Below are positions 42,265 through 57,531 of a stretch of DNA of 64,000 nucleotides, in pieces. How positions within the stretch are numbered: position 1 is the first letter of the stretch; each line of letters opens with the position of its first letter. The stretch comes from Octopus vulgaris (taxonomy: Eukaryota): NCBI GenBank assembly GCA_951406725.2, contig OX597840.1, positions 27,528,001 through 27,592,000 on the forward strand. Reading direction: 5' to 3'. The position numbers were made by a program, and so were the translations under genes. The notes under the pieces were generated by a model. That model saw only the letters and a program-made list of their open reading frames with translations, had not been told where the DNA came from and ran no database searches.

Positions 42265-42524
42265 CTGCGTTGGAGTCAAATTTATCATACTGGCAAGATG
42301 CTCCCGTTCGGGCGCCGATAAGTATTTCTGCTGTTTAAACCGGCGTTCCAATTCATATACTTGTGCTTGAGAAAATAACACTCTTCGTTTACGTCGTTGC
42401 GTGATGGGGAACTGGACACCGGGTGGTTTCTGGTCTAAACCACCCAACGCTGACATGTTTACATGATTCATGGACGACTGCATAGGTGACATTGCACACG
42501 AACTTGTGCCCATAAGCCGCGAGA
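42265..42524 (-). CDS. NKX2-1: NK2.1 homeobox gene, internal coding exon (xSRLMG motif to homeodomain residue 44)
   Basis: Acceptor TATTTTCAG|TC at 42525/42524 and donor CAG|GTACGT at 42265/42264; 260 nt (phase 1 in, phase 0 out). Encodes SRLMG...[44 protein letters not shown]. The joined homeodomain differs from the human NKX2-1 homeodomain, as I recall it, at about 3 of 60 positions. Confidence 0.96.
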
Positions 42525-42568
42525 CTGAAAATACATATCGCCAAATATGAGTCAAATCAATAATGATA

Positions 42569-42651
<83 letters not shown>

Positions 42652-42664
42652 TAAAAATAATAAT

Positions 42665-43100
42665 AATTATAATAATAATATGTACGAGGAGTGGCTGTGT
42701 GGTAAGTAGCTTGCTAACCAACCACATGGTTCCGGGTTCAGTCCCACTGCGTGGCATCTTGGGCAAGTGTCTTCTGCTATAGCCTCGGGCCGACCAATGC
42801 CTTGTGAGTGGATTTGGTAGACGGAAATTGAAAGAAGCCTGTCGTATATATATATATGTATATATATGTATGTGTGTGTGTGTTTGTGTGTGTTTTTGTC
42901 CCCCTAGCATCGCTTGACAACCGATGCTGGTGTGTTTACGTCCCCGTAACTTAGCGGTTCGGCAAAATAGACCGATAGAATAAGTACTGGGCTTACAAAG
43001 AATAAGTCCCGGGGTCGATTTGCTCGACTAAAGGCGGTGCTCCAGCATGGCCACAGTCAAATGACTGAAACAAGTAAAAGAGTAAAAGTGTAAAAGAGAG
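42665..43100 (+). mobile_element. near full-length SINE family A
   Basis: Co-linear with 35676-36084, including the GTAAAAGAG tail. Confidence 0.88.
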
Positions 43101-43129
43101 TAATAAAAATTATAGTAATAATAATAATG

Positions 43130-43184
<55 letters not shown>

Positions 43185-43186
<2 letters not shown>

Positions 43187-43740
43187 GCCCTGATGCAGTA
43201 CCAGGCAGTGGCTCTCATGGCTTCTGATCTTAACTGATTGGAAGTGTTATCATGTACATTGATTTGTCTTGGTATAAAAGATGGGCTACAGCAAATATTC
43301 TGCTCAATACCACAGATTTGCTTGTCAGTTGTTTGACTTTAACCAGTTGAGCATGTCCCTTAGTGGCTGACGATATGTGCATCTCTGATCACGAGCAGAA
43401 GTAGTGGGGGAGCATCATAGCCATGTGTTGAGAGGGATTCTTTGGGGTTTGAATAATTCAACTCTGGAAACATGGGTGGTTCTTTCAACATCCTTAAACA
43501 ACCCTTATTCAGGGACCTTTTGAGCGGGATGGGCTACTCAACCTGAAGAAAATTCTAACTGGGCCCCACCTGCAAGGTCATGTGGTGTTTATCTTGATAT
43601 GAGATCACCATGTCGCGCACATATGGTTGTGATGCATGTGCCTGGTGTACCCTTATCAGACGGGTAGTCATGATGGGTATACTGGGCTTCGTATATTTTA
43701 CCCCAGTGTCACTTTGATGGCATGCACTGCTCTCTCACTC
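43185..43740 (+). mobile_element. 556-bp non-coding element flanked on both sides by (TAA)n
   Basis: ATGCCCTGATGCAG...CTCTCACTC. Near-identical same-length copy at 2415-2970(-); partial or rearranged copies at 10817-11620, 44931-45345(-), 45783-46267(-). Confidence 0.88.
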
Positions 43741-43794
<54 letters not shown>

Positions 43795-44006
43795 CCTTTC
43801 TACTATAGGAAGAAGGCTTGAGATTTTGGTGGGAGGTGTCAGTCGATAAGATCGACCTCAGTACACAACTGGTACTTAATTCATCGACCAGGTAAGAATG
43901 AAAGGCAAAGTCAACCTCGGCGGAAATACCGCTTGGGATTTTGCCCGGTGTGCTAAACGTTTTCTGCCAACTCGCCGCCTAAATAATAATAATAATAATA
44001 ATAATG

Positions 44007-44075
<69 letters not shown>

Positions 44076-44078
<3 letters not shown>

Positions 44079-44388
44079 TACAAAGACCTGGAAATAGAGG
44101 TAACTAGAATGTGGAATCTAAAAACAGAAACAATTCCTATCATAGTAGGTGCATTAGGCATGATAAAAAAATATTCAGACAAATACATAACAAAAACACC
44201 AGGACTTACAAACACATATAACATACAGAAAATTGCACTACTAGGCACTGCACACATCCTACGCAGAACACTTTCCATACAATAACCATCAGAGCATCAC
44301 AACAAATCACAGCACATACCCAAGGCACACAGAGCTGCGCTCGGTAGTGAAGTGAAAGCACGCTATAAAAATAAAAAAATAAAACTAC

Positions 44389-44390
<2 letters not shown>
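44076..44390 (+). mobile_element. R4/Dong-like 3' end embedded in (TAA)n
   Basis: KYKDLEIEVTRMWNLKTETIPIIVGALG...IQKIALLGTAHILRRTLS*, short 3' UTR, then (TAA)n. A ~65-bp piece of the same sequence sits at 10467-10535. Confidence 0.85.
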
Positions 44391-44467
<77 letters not shown>

Positions 44468-44499
44468 GATGATGATAATAACATGATAATGAAGATAAC

Positions 44500-44900
44500 T
44501 GTAGAATGTAAGTATCATAGGGTTTTATAAGATTTTTCCCTCAATGATTGAAGAAACTATTGAAGCGAGAAGACCAGATATGGTGATTAAGGATTAAAAA
44601 ACTAAAGAAACGTTGTAAGATCATAAATTCTGCAATTTTCTATGATAATAGAGTCGCTACCAAAGAAATTGAAAAAAGTGAAAAATCTCTTGATCTAGCC
44701 AAAAATCTGATGGGAACTGCGGAAGTCTAAGACTACAATTATTCCTGTGGTAATTGGTGTAGTTGGCACAGCACCCAAAATGCTCTCTAACAGACTGGAA
44801 GAAATTGGAATCGAATTTTGCTTTGTTGGCCTGCAAAAATGTACCATCCTATATTCTGTAAGAATTCTAAGGAAGATTCCTAAGATTTCAGATTTTAGAG
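44500..44900 (+). mobile_element. decayed R4/Dong-like RLE fragment
   Basis: Frameshifted remnants IEARRPDMVIK, IIPVVIGVVGTAPK..L...LEEIGI, LQKCTILYSVRILRK. Confidence 0.65.
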
Positions 44901-45343
44901 CAATAAAAAGTAATATAAACTCGTGTTCCTACATGACCTTGCAAGAGGGAACCAGTTAGAATTTTCTTCAAGTTGAGTAGCCCATCGTGCTCAAAAGGTC
45001 CCTAAATAAAGCTTGTTTAAGGATGATGGAGGAAACACCCATGTTTCCAGAGGTGAATTATTCAAACTCCAAAGAATTCCTCTCAGCACATGGCTATAAT
45101 GGTTCCCTACTACTTCTCGTGGTCAGAGATGCACATATCATCAGCCAGCAAAGGACATACTCAACAGGTTAAGGCCAAACAACTGACAAGCAAATCTGTG
45201 GTATTGAGCAGAATATTTGCTGTAGCCCATCTTTTTATACCAAGACAGAACAATGTACATGATAACACTTCCAATCAGTTAAGATCAGAAGCCACGAGAG
45301 CCACTGCCTGGTACTGCATCAGGGCATGGTACTGCACCAGGGC

Positions 45344-45410
<67 letters not shown>

Positions 45411-45616
45411 ATTTTTATTTTTATTAAAGCGGCAAGTTGGCAGAATCATTATCACGCCGGGCGAAATACATAGCGGCATTTCGTCCGTCTTTACGGTCTG
45501 AGTTCAAATTTTCCCGAGGCTGATTGTGTTTTATAGCATTTAGGGTTCAATAAAGTAAGTACCAATGAAACACTAGGGTTAATGTAATAGACAAGTCCCC
45601 TCCCATAGTAGAAAGG

Positions 45617-45778
<162 letters not shown>

Positions 45779-46365
45779 CATTGAGTGAGAGAGCAGTTCA
45801 TGCCATCAAAGTGACACTGGGGTAAATATACGAAGCCCAATATACCCATCATGACTACCCGTCTGATAAAGGTACACCAGGCACATGCATCACAACCATA
45901 TGTGCGCGACATGGTGATCTCATATCAAGATAAACAGCACATGACCTTGCAGGTGGGGCCCAGTTAGAATTTTCTTCATTTTGAGTAGCCCATCCTGCTC
46001 AAACGGTCCCTGAATAAGGGTTGTTTAAGGATGTTGAAAGAACCACCCATGTTTCCAGAGGTGAACTATTCAAACCCCAAAGAATCCCTCTCAACACATG
46101 GCTATGATGCTCCCCCACTACTTCTGCTCGTGATCAGAGATGCACATATCGTCAACCACTAAGGGACATGCTCAACTGGTTAAGGTCAAACAACTGACAA
46201 GCAAATCTGTGGTATTGAGCAGAATATTTGCTGTAGCCCATCTTTTATACCAAGACAAAACAATGTATTATTATTATTATTTTTATCATTATTATTATTA
46301 TTATTTTTATTTTTATTTTTATTATTATTATTATTATTATTACTATTATTATTATTATTATTATA

Positions 46366-46431
<66 letters not shown>

Positions 46432-46606
46432 GTTATTATATATCGTCATTATCAGAAAGAATAAGGAATACAAAGTGTCCCCGAAGGAATTTGAGTTCAG
46501 AATAAGAAAGGGACATTACCAAATAAGGAGTTTATTACTATCGCTCCACTCAATTCCGCTTCTGCTTGTGCCAACTCCAGTAACAAACATTGACAATAAA
46601 CAAACA

Positions 46607-46659
<53 letters not shown>

Positions 46660-46782
46660 CATACATATACATATATATATACATATACACATATACACAC
46701 ACATTTACATATATATATATATATATACATATACACATATATATGTACATATACATATATATATATACACATATACATATAG

Positions 46783-46839
<57 letters not shown>

Positions 46840-47219
46840 CATGTATATATACACATATGGCCTGCTCGCTTAACCAGCTGAGTGGCATCATTTGAAGGCT
46901 AAAACAATGCGAAGCGCATTGTGACCAGCGATGTGTCGCAACATCTGATAGCCTGGTCGATCACGGTGATATATACACATATACATATACACATATACCA
47001 AAAAACTGCTACAAGAACAGCAACAACAACAACAACAACAACAACAACGATAAAAACGAAAAATCAACAATTTTATATAACATTTATATCTGGAATAACA
47101 CTAAATACATAAAAATGAATGCGTAACAAAAGACAAAAATAAAATTGACCATGCCTCCGCCATTACTGCAAAGCATTCACGCAACGTGAAATCGGAAGCA
47201 CTTAATATGTCACACACAC

Positions 47220-47267
47220 CTTCTTCTTCGATCCATGTTGGATAACTCCGGCAGTTCTGGACGAAAT
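47220..47267 (-). CDS. candidate 48-nt symmetric (phase 1-1) micro-exon of the NK2.1 gene
   Basis: Minus strand TTTCAATTTCATTATTCCACAG|ATTTCG...GAAGAAGAAG|GTGTGT. Open in the frame required by the next exon: xFVQNCRSYPTWIEEE, then G+TC=V of VSRLMG. Lies in a unique island between microsatellites. Confidence 0.5.
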
Positions 47268-47341
47268 CTGTGGAATAATGAAATTGAAACGAATGTCAGA
47301 ATATTATAGAATTCCCACCGTCTACGTACACATTGAATTAA

Positions 47342-47378
<37 letters not shown>

Positions 47379-47379
47379 C

Positions 47380-47498
<119 letters not shown>

Positions 47499-47678
47499 CA
47501 TTATTATTATTATTATTATTCATTGTTATTATTATTATTACAATTATTATTATTATAATTATTATTATTATGCAAAAAACTACTACTACTACTAATTATT
47601 ATTATAATTATTATTATTGTTGGTGTTGTTATTATTATTATTATGCAAAAATTACTACTACTACTACTACTACTACTA

Positions 47679-47734
<56 letters not shown>

Positions 47735-48666
47735 CATTTTATTTCTCAACAAACCAAAGTTGCACAGTTTACTTTGTGTTAAAATTAGGGCATGTATTTC
47801 TTTAAAATAATTATTTGAGCTAGTTAAATATTTCAAATATTAATTATAACCTTAATAATGATAATAATAATATCGATAATAATAATAAAGATAATATTAA
47901 TAATAGTAATGACAAACAATACTTATAATGATGACATAAAGAACAATGATCATGGTGGTGATGGTGATGGTGGTAGTGATGATGACGGTGACGATGGTTG
48001 ATGATGAAGAGGATGAGGATGAGGAAGAAGAGGAGGTGAGGAAAGGGAGGAACAGCACAATTGATACGATGATGATGATGACGACGACGATGATGACAAT
48101 GAAACTGACGTTGATGTTGAGGATAAATGAGGAGGAAGAGAAGGTGGAGGAGGAGGAGGAGGAGGCGGAGGAGGTGGAGGAAGAGGACGCAGAAGGAGAA
48201 GATAATTGGTACGTTGATGCTGCTACTGCTGCTGCTACTGCTAATGATGGTGATGATGATCATGCTTTTGACAATGGCTGTTATGATAACGACGATGAAG
48301 AATAGGAAATTTATGAAGATGATGATGATGATGGCGGTGATAATTGTCATACTGGGACTAATGAGGATAATGATAACGTTCATCAATTTGGCTAATGAGG
48401 TATTTTAAAATTGAAATATGAACAATAATTATAACGATGATGGCCGAACATAAAAAAACAGAAAGTTTAAAAAAAACAATTAATTCGAAATAAATATTTC
48501 TAACATACAGAGACAAGTTAATATCTTTTGTGCAGGGAAGGCGGTCATTTCAAATTAACCCCCAGTGCATTACTGGTATTATAATTTTGTCGAGCGAACA
48601 AAAAATTTTTCATCTGCAAAGTTTACATCTGTAAGATCTGAATTGAATATGTTACAGGTTGCCTCA

Positions 48667-48710
<44 letters not shown>

Positions 48711-48915
48711 ATAATAATAATAATAATATCTACTAAAGGCACAAGGCCTGGAATTTGTGGGGAAGGGACAAGTCGATTACATTAACCCCCAGTGTTTCAC
48801 TGGTACTTAATTTATCGGCCCCGAAAGGATGAAGGGTAAAGTCGACCTCGACGGAATTTGAACTCACAACGAGAAGATGGACGGAAAGCTACTAATAAAC
48901 AATAATAATAGTGAT

Positions 48916-48980
<65 letters not shown>

Positions 48981-49490
48981 TAATAATTACAAGAAGGATA
49001 TAAATAATAGTAATAATTCTAATTTTGGCACAAGGCCAGCAGTTTTTTAGGGGTGTGTACGTTGATTACATCAGCTCTAATACTTGGCCATTACTTTACG
49101 GACCCTGAAAGGATGACAGGCAAAGTCGACCTCGGCGGTATTTGAACTCAGAACGTGAAGTGCCGTGAAAGATGGTCCTAAGTATTCTCTTTCGATGCTC
49201 GACCGATTCTGCTCGTTCGCTGCCTCATTGATAATATTAACAATAGTAATAATGGTTTCAAATTTTGCCACAAGGCAGTAACTTTGGGGGAAAGGATGAG
49301 TCGATTACATCAGCCCCAGTGTATAACTGGTACTTATTTTATCGACCCCCGAAAGGATGAAAGGTAAACTCGACCTCGACGGAATTTAAACTCAGAACGT
49401 AGTGGTGGGCGAAATACCGCAAAGCATTTCGTCCAGCGCGCTAACAATTCTGCCACCTCACCGCCTTGATTAACAGTAGTAATAATAATG

Positions 49491-49550
<60 letters not shown>

Positions 49551-49868
49551 GTTATGACAAGTGTAATAATAAGAACAATAGTAACAATAACAACAATAAC
49601 AATATCAATAATAATGATACCAATAATAAAGAGATGAAGAATAATTTATCAAAGACTTTGTTTGGCTCAGAGGTTCATACATACATAGAAAAACTCGCTG
49701 TTGGAAAGCTTTTACTGAATCAACTTTAACATGAACTGGGATAGGGATGTAGCACAACACAGCCAGACGTATAACATGTTATTTAACTACATAAGTTAAT
49801 GAATGTTTCCATGCGGAGGTGAGTGTATACGGCGGTATTGAGCTGAGAGTAACAAATCTGCATGGCCA

Positions 49869-49989
<121 letters not shown>

Positions 49990-50269
49990 AAACAGACAAA
50001 GAAAGATAAATAGAAAGAGAGAGAGAAAGAGAGGGATAGGTAGATATACATATACGTATGTGTGAGACTATTATTATTGTTATTATTATTATTATTATTA
50101 ATAATAATAATATATATATGTATATATACAAATTGAGATAGGGGTTGTAAATGCAACCCTCCATGGGATCTACAGTCTCTTATGTGGTGGTTTAATAAAG
50201 TATGTGATTGAGTATTATCTGGTAATTGATATTTGATTTAGATGTATTTCTCCATTTTCTTATCTTGTA

Positions 50270-50349
<80 letters not shown>

Positions 50350-51479
50350 TCTGACGATGGCTTAGCAGTCCAAAACTTTGAATGTCAACAATAGTCCTGT
50401 ATAAGAATAATAAATTTGCACTCTATAGAAGTATAGAGTGACCCGTTAGATTAACGTAAAATTGTTTTTACTATAACTGAACATAAAATCAAACATTAAT
50501 ACACTCACACACACTCACACACACACGCACGCGCGCGCAATTTAAATAAAAAATATATACATAAGAACAGTTCACCCACTCACGGGAAATTTACTTCCAC
50601 TTGATTTTAACTGAAAATCCCCGGTCCTAACCACCGTCGGCTTTCATGTATCTCGCATCCATGTTTCTTATAACTTCAGCACTCACTCACTCACTCACTC
50701 ACTCGATCACTCTCTCTCATAGTATGTTAGTTACAAAAGGGACGTTGACACACAAGGGTCAACGTCTTCGTCATTGTTCTAGATGGAGAACTTCTGCCAT
50801 ATTGTGCAATTAGCCTATGGACAATTATGTAATGTAATTTCTAGGTTAACTTTATTACCCCACAGTTTTGAGAAGTATACATACTTTTCCATAAGCTCTA
50901 CCTCGGTCGATTGAGGTGATATCACTTCAGACATCGTTCAGAGTTACCTGCAGCTGTTCTACTGATTGCATGAGTAAAGTCAGTGTCTATTAAACATGAT
51001 GAGATATGCTACCCATCTCCTTGCTCGCTCTTGGTTAAGAAATCTCAGGCAATGATGGCTTTTGTTTGTTACACATCTCTACCACGTAGGCTTTTCTCTG
51101 CAATGTTATATACAGCAATACTATTAGTGAAAGAGCTACTGGCACTGCTGTCTATGTTGTTCAGAACAACATTTCTATTCATTAAAGTGAGCCCTTTTCT
51201 TCTTTGTTGAGACGTGTGTTGTTGTTCCGTGTAATTTAAAAAATCTAATGATTTTTTGATAGTTAAAATATGGTATGATATACAGTGTATGAGTCATACT
51301 GTGTTATCAAATTTGTTCTTTTATATAATTTATTTACTTTTAGTCTCTGCGTAATATCTATCTTCATTTATCGGTAGGGCGTTTCTTTGACAGGAAGCCA
51401 CATTGAACTTAAATGCAAACAAGAACAGAAGAATTAAATTTGTCTAAAATTAATGAACCTATTGCTTTCTTTGCATTGA

Positions 51480-51975
51480 GGTAGGTGTTAAACGCATTCC
51501 AGAAAGTTCCTTGTTGAAAAAACCCATCAAAAAGGAAACAAATATTTATTCATCCATTGTGCTTCGAAACGAGAAGCCTTCTAACGTTGTTTATATTTAA
51601 TTTTATTCTGTTCCTTTTTTGGAAAACGCGCATATTATACACTCCAACTTCCCCATTCCTCCATGTAATCGTTGAGCAAGGAAGTACTCTTCTTTGTAAC
51701 GCACCTTATTCGTAAGTCATTTACTTTCATGAAAACAGATTCTTATTGACTACCTCTTTCTGATTAGCAATGCTTGCTAAGCTGCTGTTATGGCTCTTAC
51801 TATTAACATTATAAGAAATATGAATTTTTTTCGTATATTTAAACGGAACTATTGCTCCATCTTCTTGTTCAGTTAAGTTTTGTCCCCTGTCTTCATTTTT
51901 ATCAGCCTGCTTTAGCGTTTTCAAATGATTTTCTTCTTTAAGGTGTAACTGACGTTTGTTGCATCATCCTACCGC
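51480..51975 (-). pseudogene. highly decayed Tc1/Tc3-like transposase remnant
   Basis: Ordered minus-strand remnants RG..LTEQEDGAIV, LFS*K (cf. VFSDEK), RYKEEYFLAQRLHGG...CAFSKKG (cf. RKE..FS.R..GGG.VMVWGAF..KG), GFFQQG (cf. FQQDN); stops and frameshifts. Confidence 0.45.
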
Positions 51976-52336
51976 AAGGAGACCATATTAAATTACAGGT
52001 AAACAACAATTTAAAAAAAATAACTTAAGACTTTACACTAGGTAATTGGATTGATGTGTAAATGTTCTGAAGACAAGCTGTTTGAGACGGAAACAAAACA
52101 AAAAAAAAGCTAATTTCTTTAAAGAAATCTTGCTTATATTCAGCACTGTACAAAACTATTTCGAAGACGTCTATACACTTAAACACACAGTAACAGCTAC
52201 AACGAGAACAATTCATTTTTATTTGCCACAAGGGCACATGCATTCATACGAGAGAACGTTACAAAAGTGTTATAGATGATCATAAATTGTTGGAGATATC
52301 GAAACGTTATTCAGAGCATGTTGAAATTTAGTATAC

Positions 52337-52451
<115 letters not shown>

Positions 52452-52694
52452 TAATAATAATGATAATAATAATAATGATAATAACGGTTTCAATTTTTGT
52501 CACGGGCAGCCATTTTGAGATGGGGATAAGTTGATTACATAAACCCTAGTGTTTCACTGGTACTTGATTTATTGACCCCGAAAGGATGAATGGCAAAGTC
52601 GACCTCGGCGGGATTTGATCTTAGAACGTAGCGACAGGCGAAATACCGCTAAGCAATCCGTCAAGCGTGCTAACGATTCTGCCAGCTCGCCGCC

Positions 52695-52728
<34 letters not shown>

Positions 52729-52801
52729 TTAATAATAATTAATAATTAATAATAACAATAATAATGAATTGATTGTCACATTTTAAAATCAGAAACAATT
52801 C

Positions 52802-52834
<33 letters not shown>

Positions 52835-52926
52835 CGTTAAAGGCTATATTTGTTTATGACATAATGACAATAATTACATTCGAAATAATTGGGATCAACT
52901 GAATGATAACTGAGAAAGATGATGAC

Positions 52927-52959
<33 letters not shown>

Positions 52960-53421
52960 TGGGATTGGGAAGGTGGTGGTGGTCATGGTTGGTGATGCTA
53001 ATTGTAATGGCCAGAAGAATAATGCTGATGAAAAACGATGATAATAACGAAGGTAATTATGAGGAATAAATATGTGATAGAGATGATGATGATGATGATA
53101 ACGATGATGATGATGATAATGATGACAATGATATGTAGGAGATGAAGGAGGAAGATGAGAATGGCAATGAATGTGATGAGAATGAGATTAATGATTATGT
53201 TAATGATGAAGATGATGACGAACATGATGATGGTCGTGTTCGTGATTACGACGGTTAAGATGATGATCGTGATGTTGGGGGTGGTGGTGGTGGTGATGTT
53301 GTTGTTGTTGTTGGTGGTGGTGGTTGTGGTGTATTTGATGATGATGATGATGTCAACGACGCCAATGGTGATAAGTAGTAATATGGATGATAGTGTAGTT
53401 GATGATGATGATGGCGATTAC

Positions 53422-53462
<41 letters not shown>

Positions 53463-53484
53463 GGACGGTGATGATGATGATGAC

Positions 53485-53582
<98 letters not shown>

Positions 53583-53583
53583 C

Positions 53584-53627
<44 letters not shown>

Positions 53628-53630
53628 GAT

Positions 53631-53692
<62 letters not shown>

Positions 53693-53868
53693 AATGATGA
53701 TGATGATGATGATGATGACGATGATGATGATGATGATGAGATTGGTGATGATTGTCACTGTAGCTGCTGGTGAGTGTTTTCGCCGTTGTTGACTTATTTT
53801 TTTTTGTTTTGTTTAATTTGTTTCTACCTAACCAGATTTCAATATACGTAACAAAAGAACAACGACAA

Positions 53869-53900
<32 letters not shown>

Positions 53901-54204
53901 ATAGTAATAATATCTCAAATCGACAAGACAAAACACAAATAAAATAAAAATAAAAAAATTAAATCAAATCAATATACAAGCAAAACAAAGAAATATAAAA
54001 ACGAGTTACAATTAAAAAAAAAAACAAACAGAAAATGTAATTGGACAATAATAAAAAAACAGACATAAAAACATTACACAACAATATATAAAAAAACGCA
54101 AAGGAAATCAACATATAAAAAAGAAACATAAACATACATAAAACATACAAAACCCAACATAAAAATACATAAAAGTTACATACATATATACACACATACA
54201 TACA

Positions 54205-54521
<317 letters not shown>

Positions 54522-54613
54522 CTATATATATATACAGACACACAGACACACACACATATATATATACATATACATATATATATATATGTATATATATATA
54601 CACACACACCCAC

Positions 54614-54654
<41 letters not shown>

Positions 54655-54881
54655 ATAATAGAGAGAGAGACACACGTGCTGCGCACACGCACATATAATA
54701 TGGCGTGTCAAATTAATACGAAAACAACACGAGAAAAACACAAACGTAAACGTTTTATTAAAATCTTTTTACACAAAAAGCAAAAATCCCCTGCAGGCAG
54801 AAAGCAAGTGATTAGTTTTCTAACAAACATATTGGCATAATTATCTATTTTGTGGCTTGTTTTCTTAAAGGCACACGCTTC

Positions 54882-54931
<50 letters not shown>

Positions 54932-54983
54932 GATGTTGTTGCTTTTGTTGTTTTTGTTGTTGTTGTTGTTGTTGTTGTTGTTA

Positions 54984-55221
54984 AGGCGGCGAGCTGACAG
55001 AAACGTTAGCACGCCGGGCGAAATGCGTAGCCGTATTTCGTTTGCCGTTACGTTCTGAGTTCAAATTCCGCCGAGGTCGACTTTGCCTTTCATCCTTTCG
55101 GGGTCGATAAATTAAGTACCAGTTACATACTGGGGTCGATATAATCGACTTAATCCGTTTATCTGTCCCTGTTTGTCTTCTCTGTGTTTAGACCCTTGTG
55201 GGTAGTAAAGAAATAGGAATT
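54984..55221 (+). mobile_element. tRNA-derived SINE family B (Nin/Deu-like central domain), monomer
   Basis: GGCGGCGAGCTGACAGAA (A box), GAGTTCAAATTCC (B box), GCCTTTCATCCTTTCGGGGTCGATAAATTAAGTACCAG central domain. Other copies at 2192-2395, 13410-13580, 16340-16925, 24145-24360, 38810-39020, 45428-45615, 48735-49465, 52485-52695. Confidence 0.85.
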
Positions 55222-55514
55222 TCTTTCACTAAAACTCCAGGCCTGTCTTCAGCGAATGGGAGGAATCAATGTTCTGTCCAATTTCTTACGAGAGTTGGGC
55301 CCACTTTTGAAGAAAAGATTGATTATTGTTTGCAGTGAGTGGAAACAATTCAAATTTGTTATACGTATGTATTGCTGTGTGTGTGCATGTGTCTGCGGTA
55401 TGGTGTGTGTGCGTGCGCGTGAGGTTGAGAAGCAGAACAAAGATAAACAGTCAGTCAAGAGAGGTAGACAGACGTACAGGTGGATAAATAAGAGACAGGG
55501 AAACAGACGGCAGA

Positions 55515-55574
<60 letters not shown>

Positions 55575-55819
55575 CATTATTTATATCTATATTTTTTTTT
55601 TTTGTACTTGTTTCAGTCATTTGACTGCGGCCATGCTGGAGCACCGCCTTTTAGAGTGGTGAAAGAGTACAGCAGGGATCACCACCTCCTGCCGGAGCCT
55701 CGTGGAGCTTTTAGGTGTTTTTTTCGCTCAATAAACACACACAACGCCCGGTCTGGGAATCGAAACCGCGATCCTCCGACCGCAAGTCCGCTGCCCTAAC
55801 CACTAGGCCATTGCGCCTC

Positions 55820-55975
<156 letters not shown>

Positions 55976-56397
55976 CATTATTTCCCTTGTCATATCTGTG
56001 GCAGAATGAATTTAGAAAGTAATGCATATCTTGTTAAGCCTACTATAATTTAGGGGGTTGCAGAGGAAATAGTGGGAGTCAGGATAAAATGTTTTCATTT
56101 GAAACGGCCGTAATGAATTGACACCTGTACATTTTTGTTACTCATTTCTATTCTGTTCACCTAAATTGCAATCTGCACTTCGGAAATACTATAAAAAAGT
56201 ACCTTTATAAAAGTACATGTCTGATTTGCCAAGTGTGGATAGTTTCACTTAACTGGATTGCGTTGCCTGTACACACGCATGTACAAACATCCCTGTATGG
56301 GGGTCTTGATATTCAATATTTACTTGATATTGTTCGGGTGTACGGATTATACCGACCTAGCAGGGTACCTCGATTTGAGCATCTTATTCAACTGAAT

Positions 56398-56456
<59 letters not shown>

Positions 56457-56915
56457 CAACAACTGAGGGTAAAATTAATTAGTTATTAATCAATTTCACC
56501 AAGTATTCAGTATGTAAAAGGACCATTTAAGGCGAATTCAAAATATTACATTATAAATTAGGGCTTAGTAAAATAAATTAAGTAATTTATTTTACTAAGC
56601 CCTAATTATATTATGTATATATATATATAACAATTTAATAAATAAAACATATACATATATACATACATATATGTACATACCTACATCTATATGTATATAT
56701 ACATGCATATATGAGTACAGGACACCACAAATAAACGTAGAACACAACAAGAAACGAAACCATAAAATCAAACAAGGAAACGGACTTTTTTTAACAACGA
56801 AAAAACAGAGTACAGGACAAACAATACAAGGAAAATTCCCCTTCATCAGCTGCCCCTGTTTCGACTCAATGCGTGTTTCGAAGGTAATATAGATAGATAA
56901 ATGGATGGATGGATG

Positions 56916-56946
<31 letters not shown>

Positions 56947-57195
56947 TGATAGATAGATAGATAGATAGATAGATAGACAGATAGATAGTCAGACGCGCGT
57001 GTGTGTGATATATACAGTGGCAAGCAGAGACAGACAGAGAGACAGAGAGAAATAGAAAAATAAAAGCGTGGTTCCTGAGGCGAAATAAACATTTATGTAT
57101 TATACACCTGTTTTGTTGTATGAGATTGAGTTCATTTATGGCCATTTATAGTAGAGATAATTTATACTTTGAGGTGTGGGCTTGTGTGTATGTCT

Positions 57196-57480
57196 GTTTC
57201 GATCCTACGCCCTTCTAGAGAAAGGAATGAGATTTGTACGCATGTCTAAGCCCGATATATATAAACAATTACAGTGAGGGAGGTGTTTAGCCATTTTAAA
57301 AATGTGTTTTTAAAATGGCTTATAAACACCTCCCTCACTGTAATTGTTTATATATATCGGGCTTAGACATGCGTACAAATCTCATTCCTTTCTCTAGAAG
57401 GGCGTAGGATCGAAACGTCAAAGACTTCTATTTCTCTTGAGCGTCAAACTAATACACCTTGTTTGTTGTTCCCTCATCTA
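57196..57480. mobile_element. near-perfect ~107-bp-arm inverted repeat with an unpaired tail, Penelope-like inverted end
   Basis: 57196-57302 is the reverse complement of 57307-57416 apart from a 3-nt bulge. The right arm continues CGAAACGTC...AATACACCTTGTTTGTTG. The Penelope assignment is inference. Confidence 0.7.
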
Positions 57481-57531
57481 TATACCTTTTACTTTGCTAA
57501 TTTTATTTTACAATTTTGAGCCATATATATA

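Noticed and set aside
42250-42555. ORF-track call as a stand-alone 101-aa gene (and 30315-30884 as 189 aa)
   Set aside because: Both run into intron sequence; splice sites define the real exons 42265-42524 and 30315-30863.
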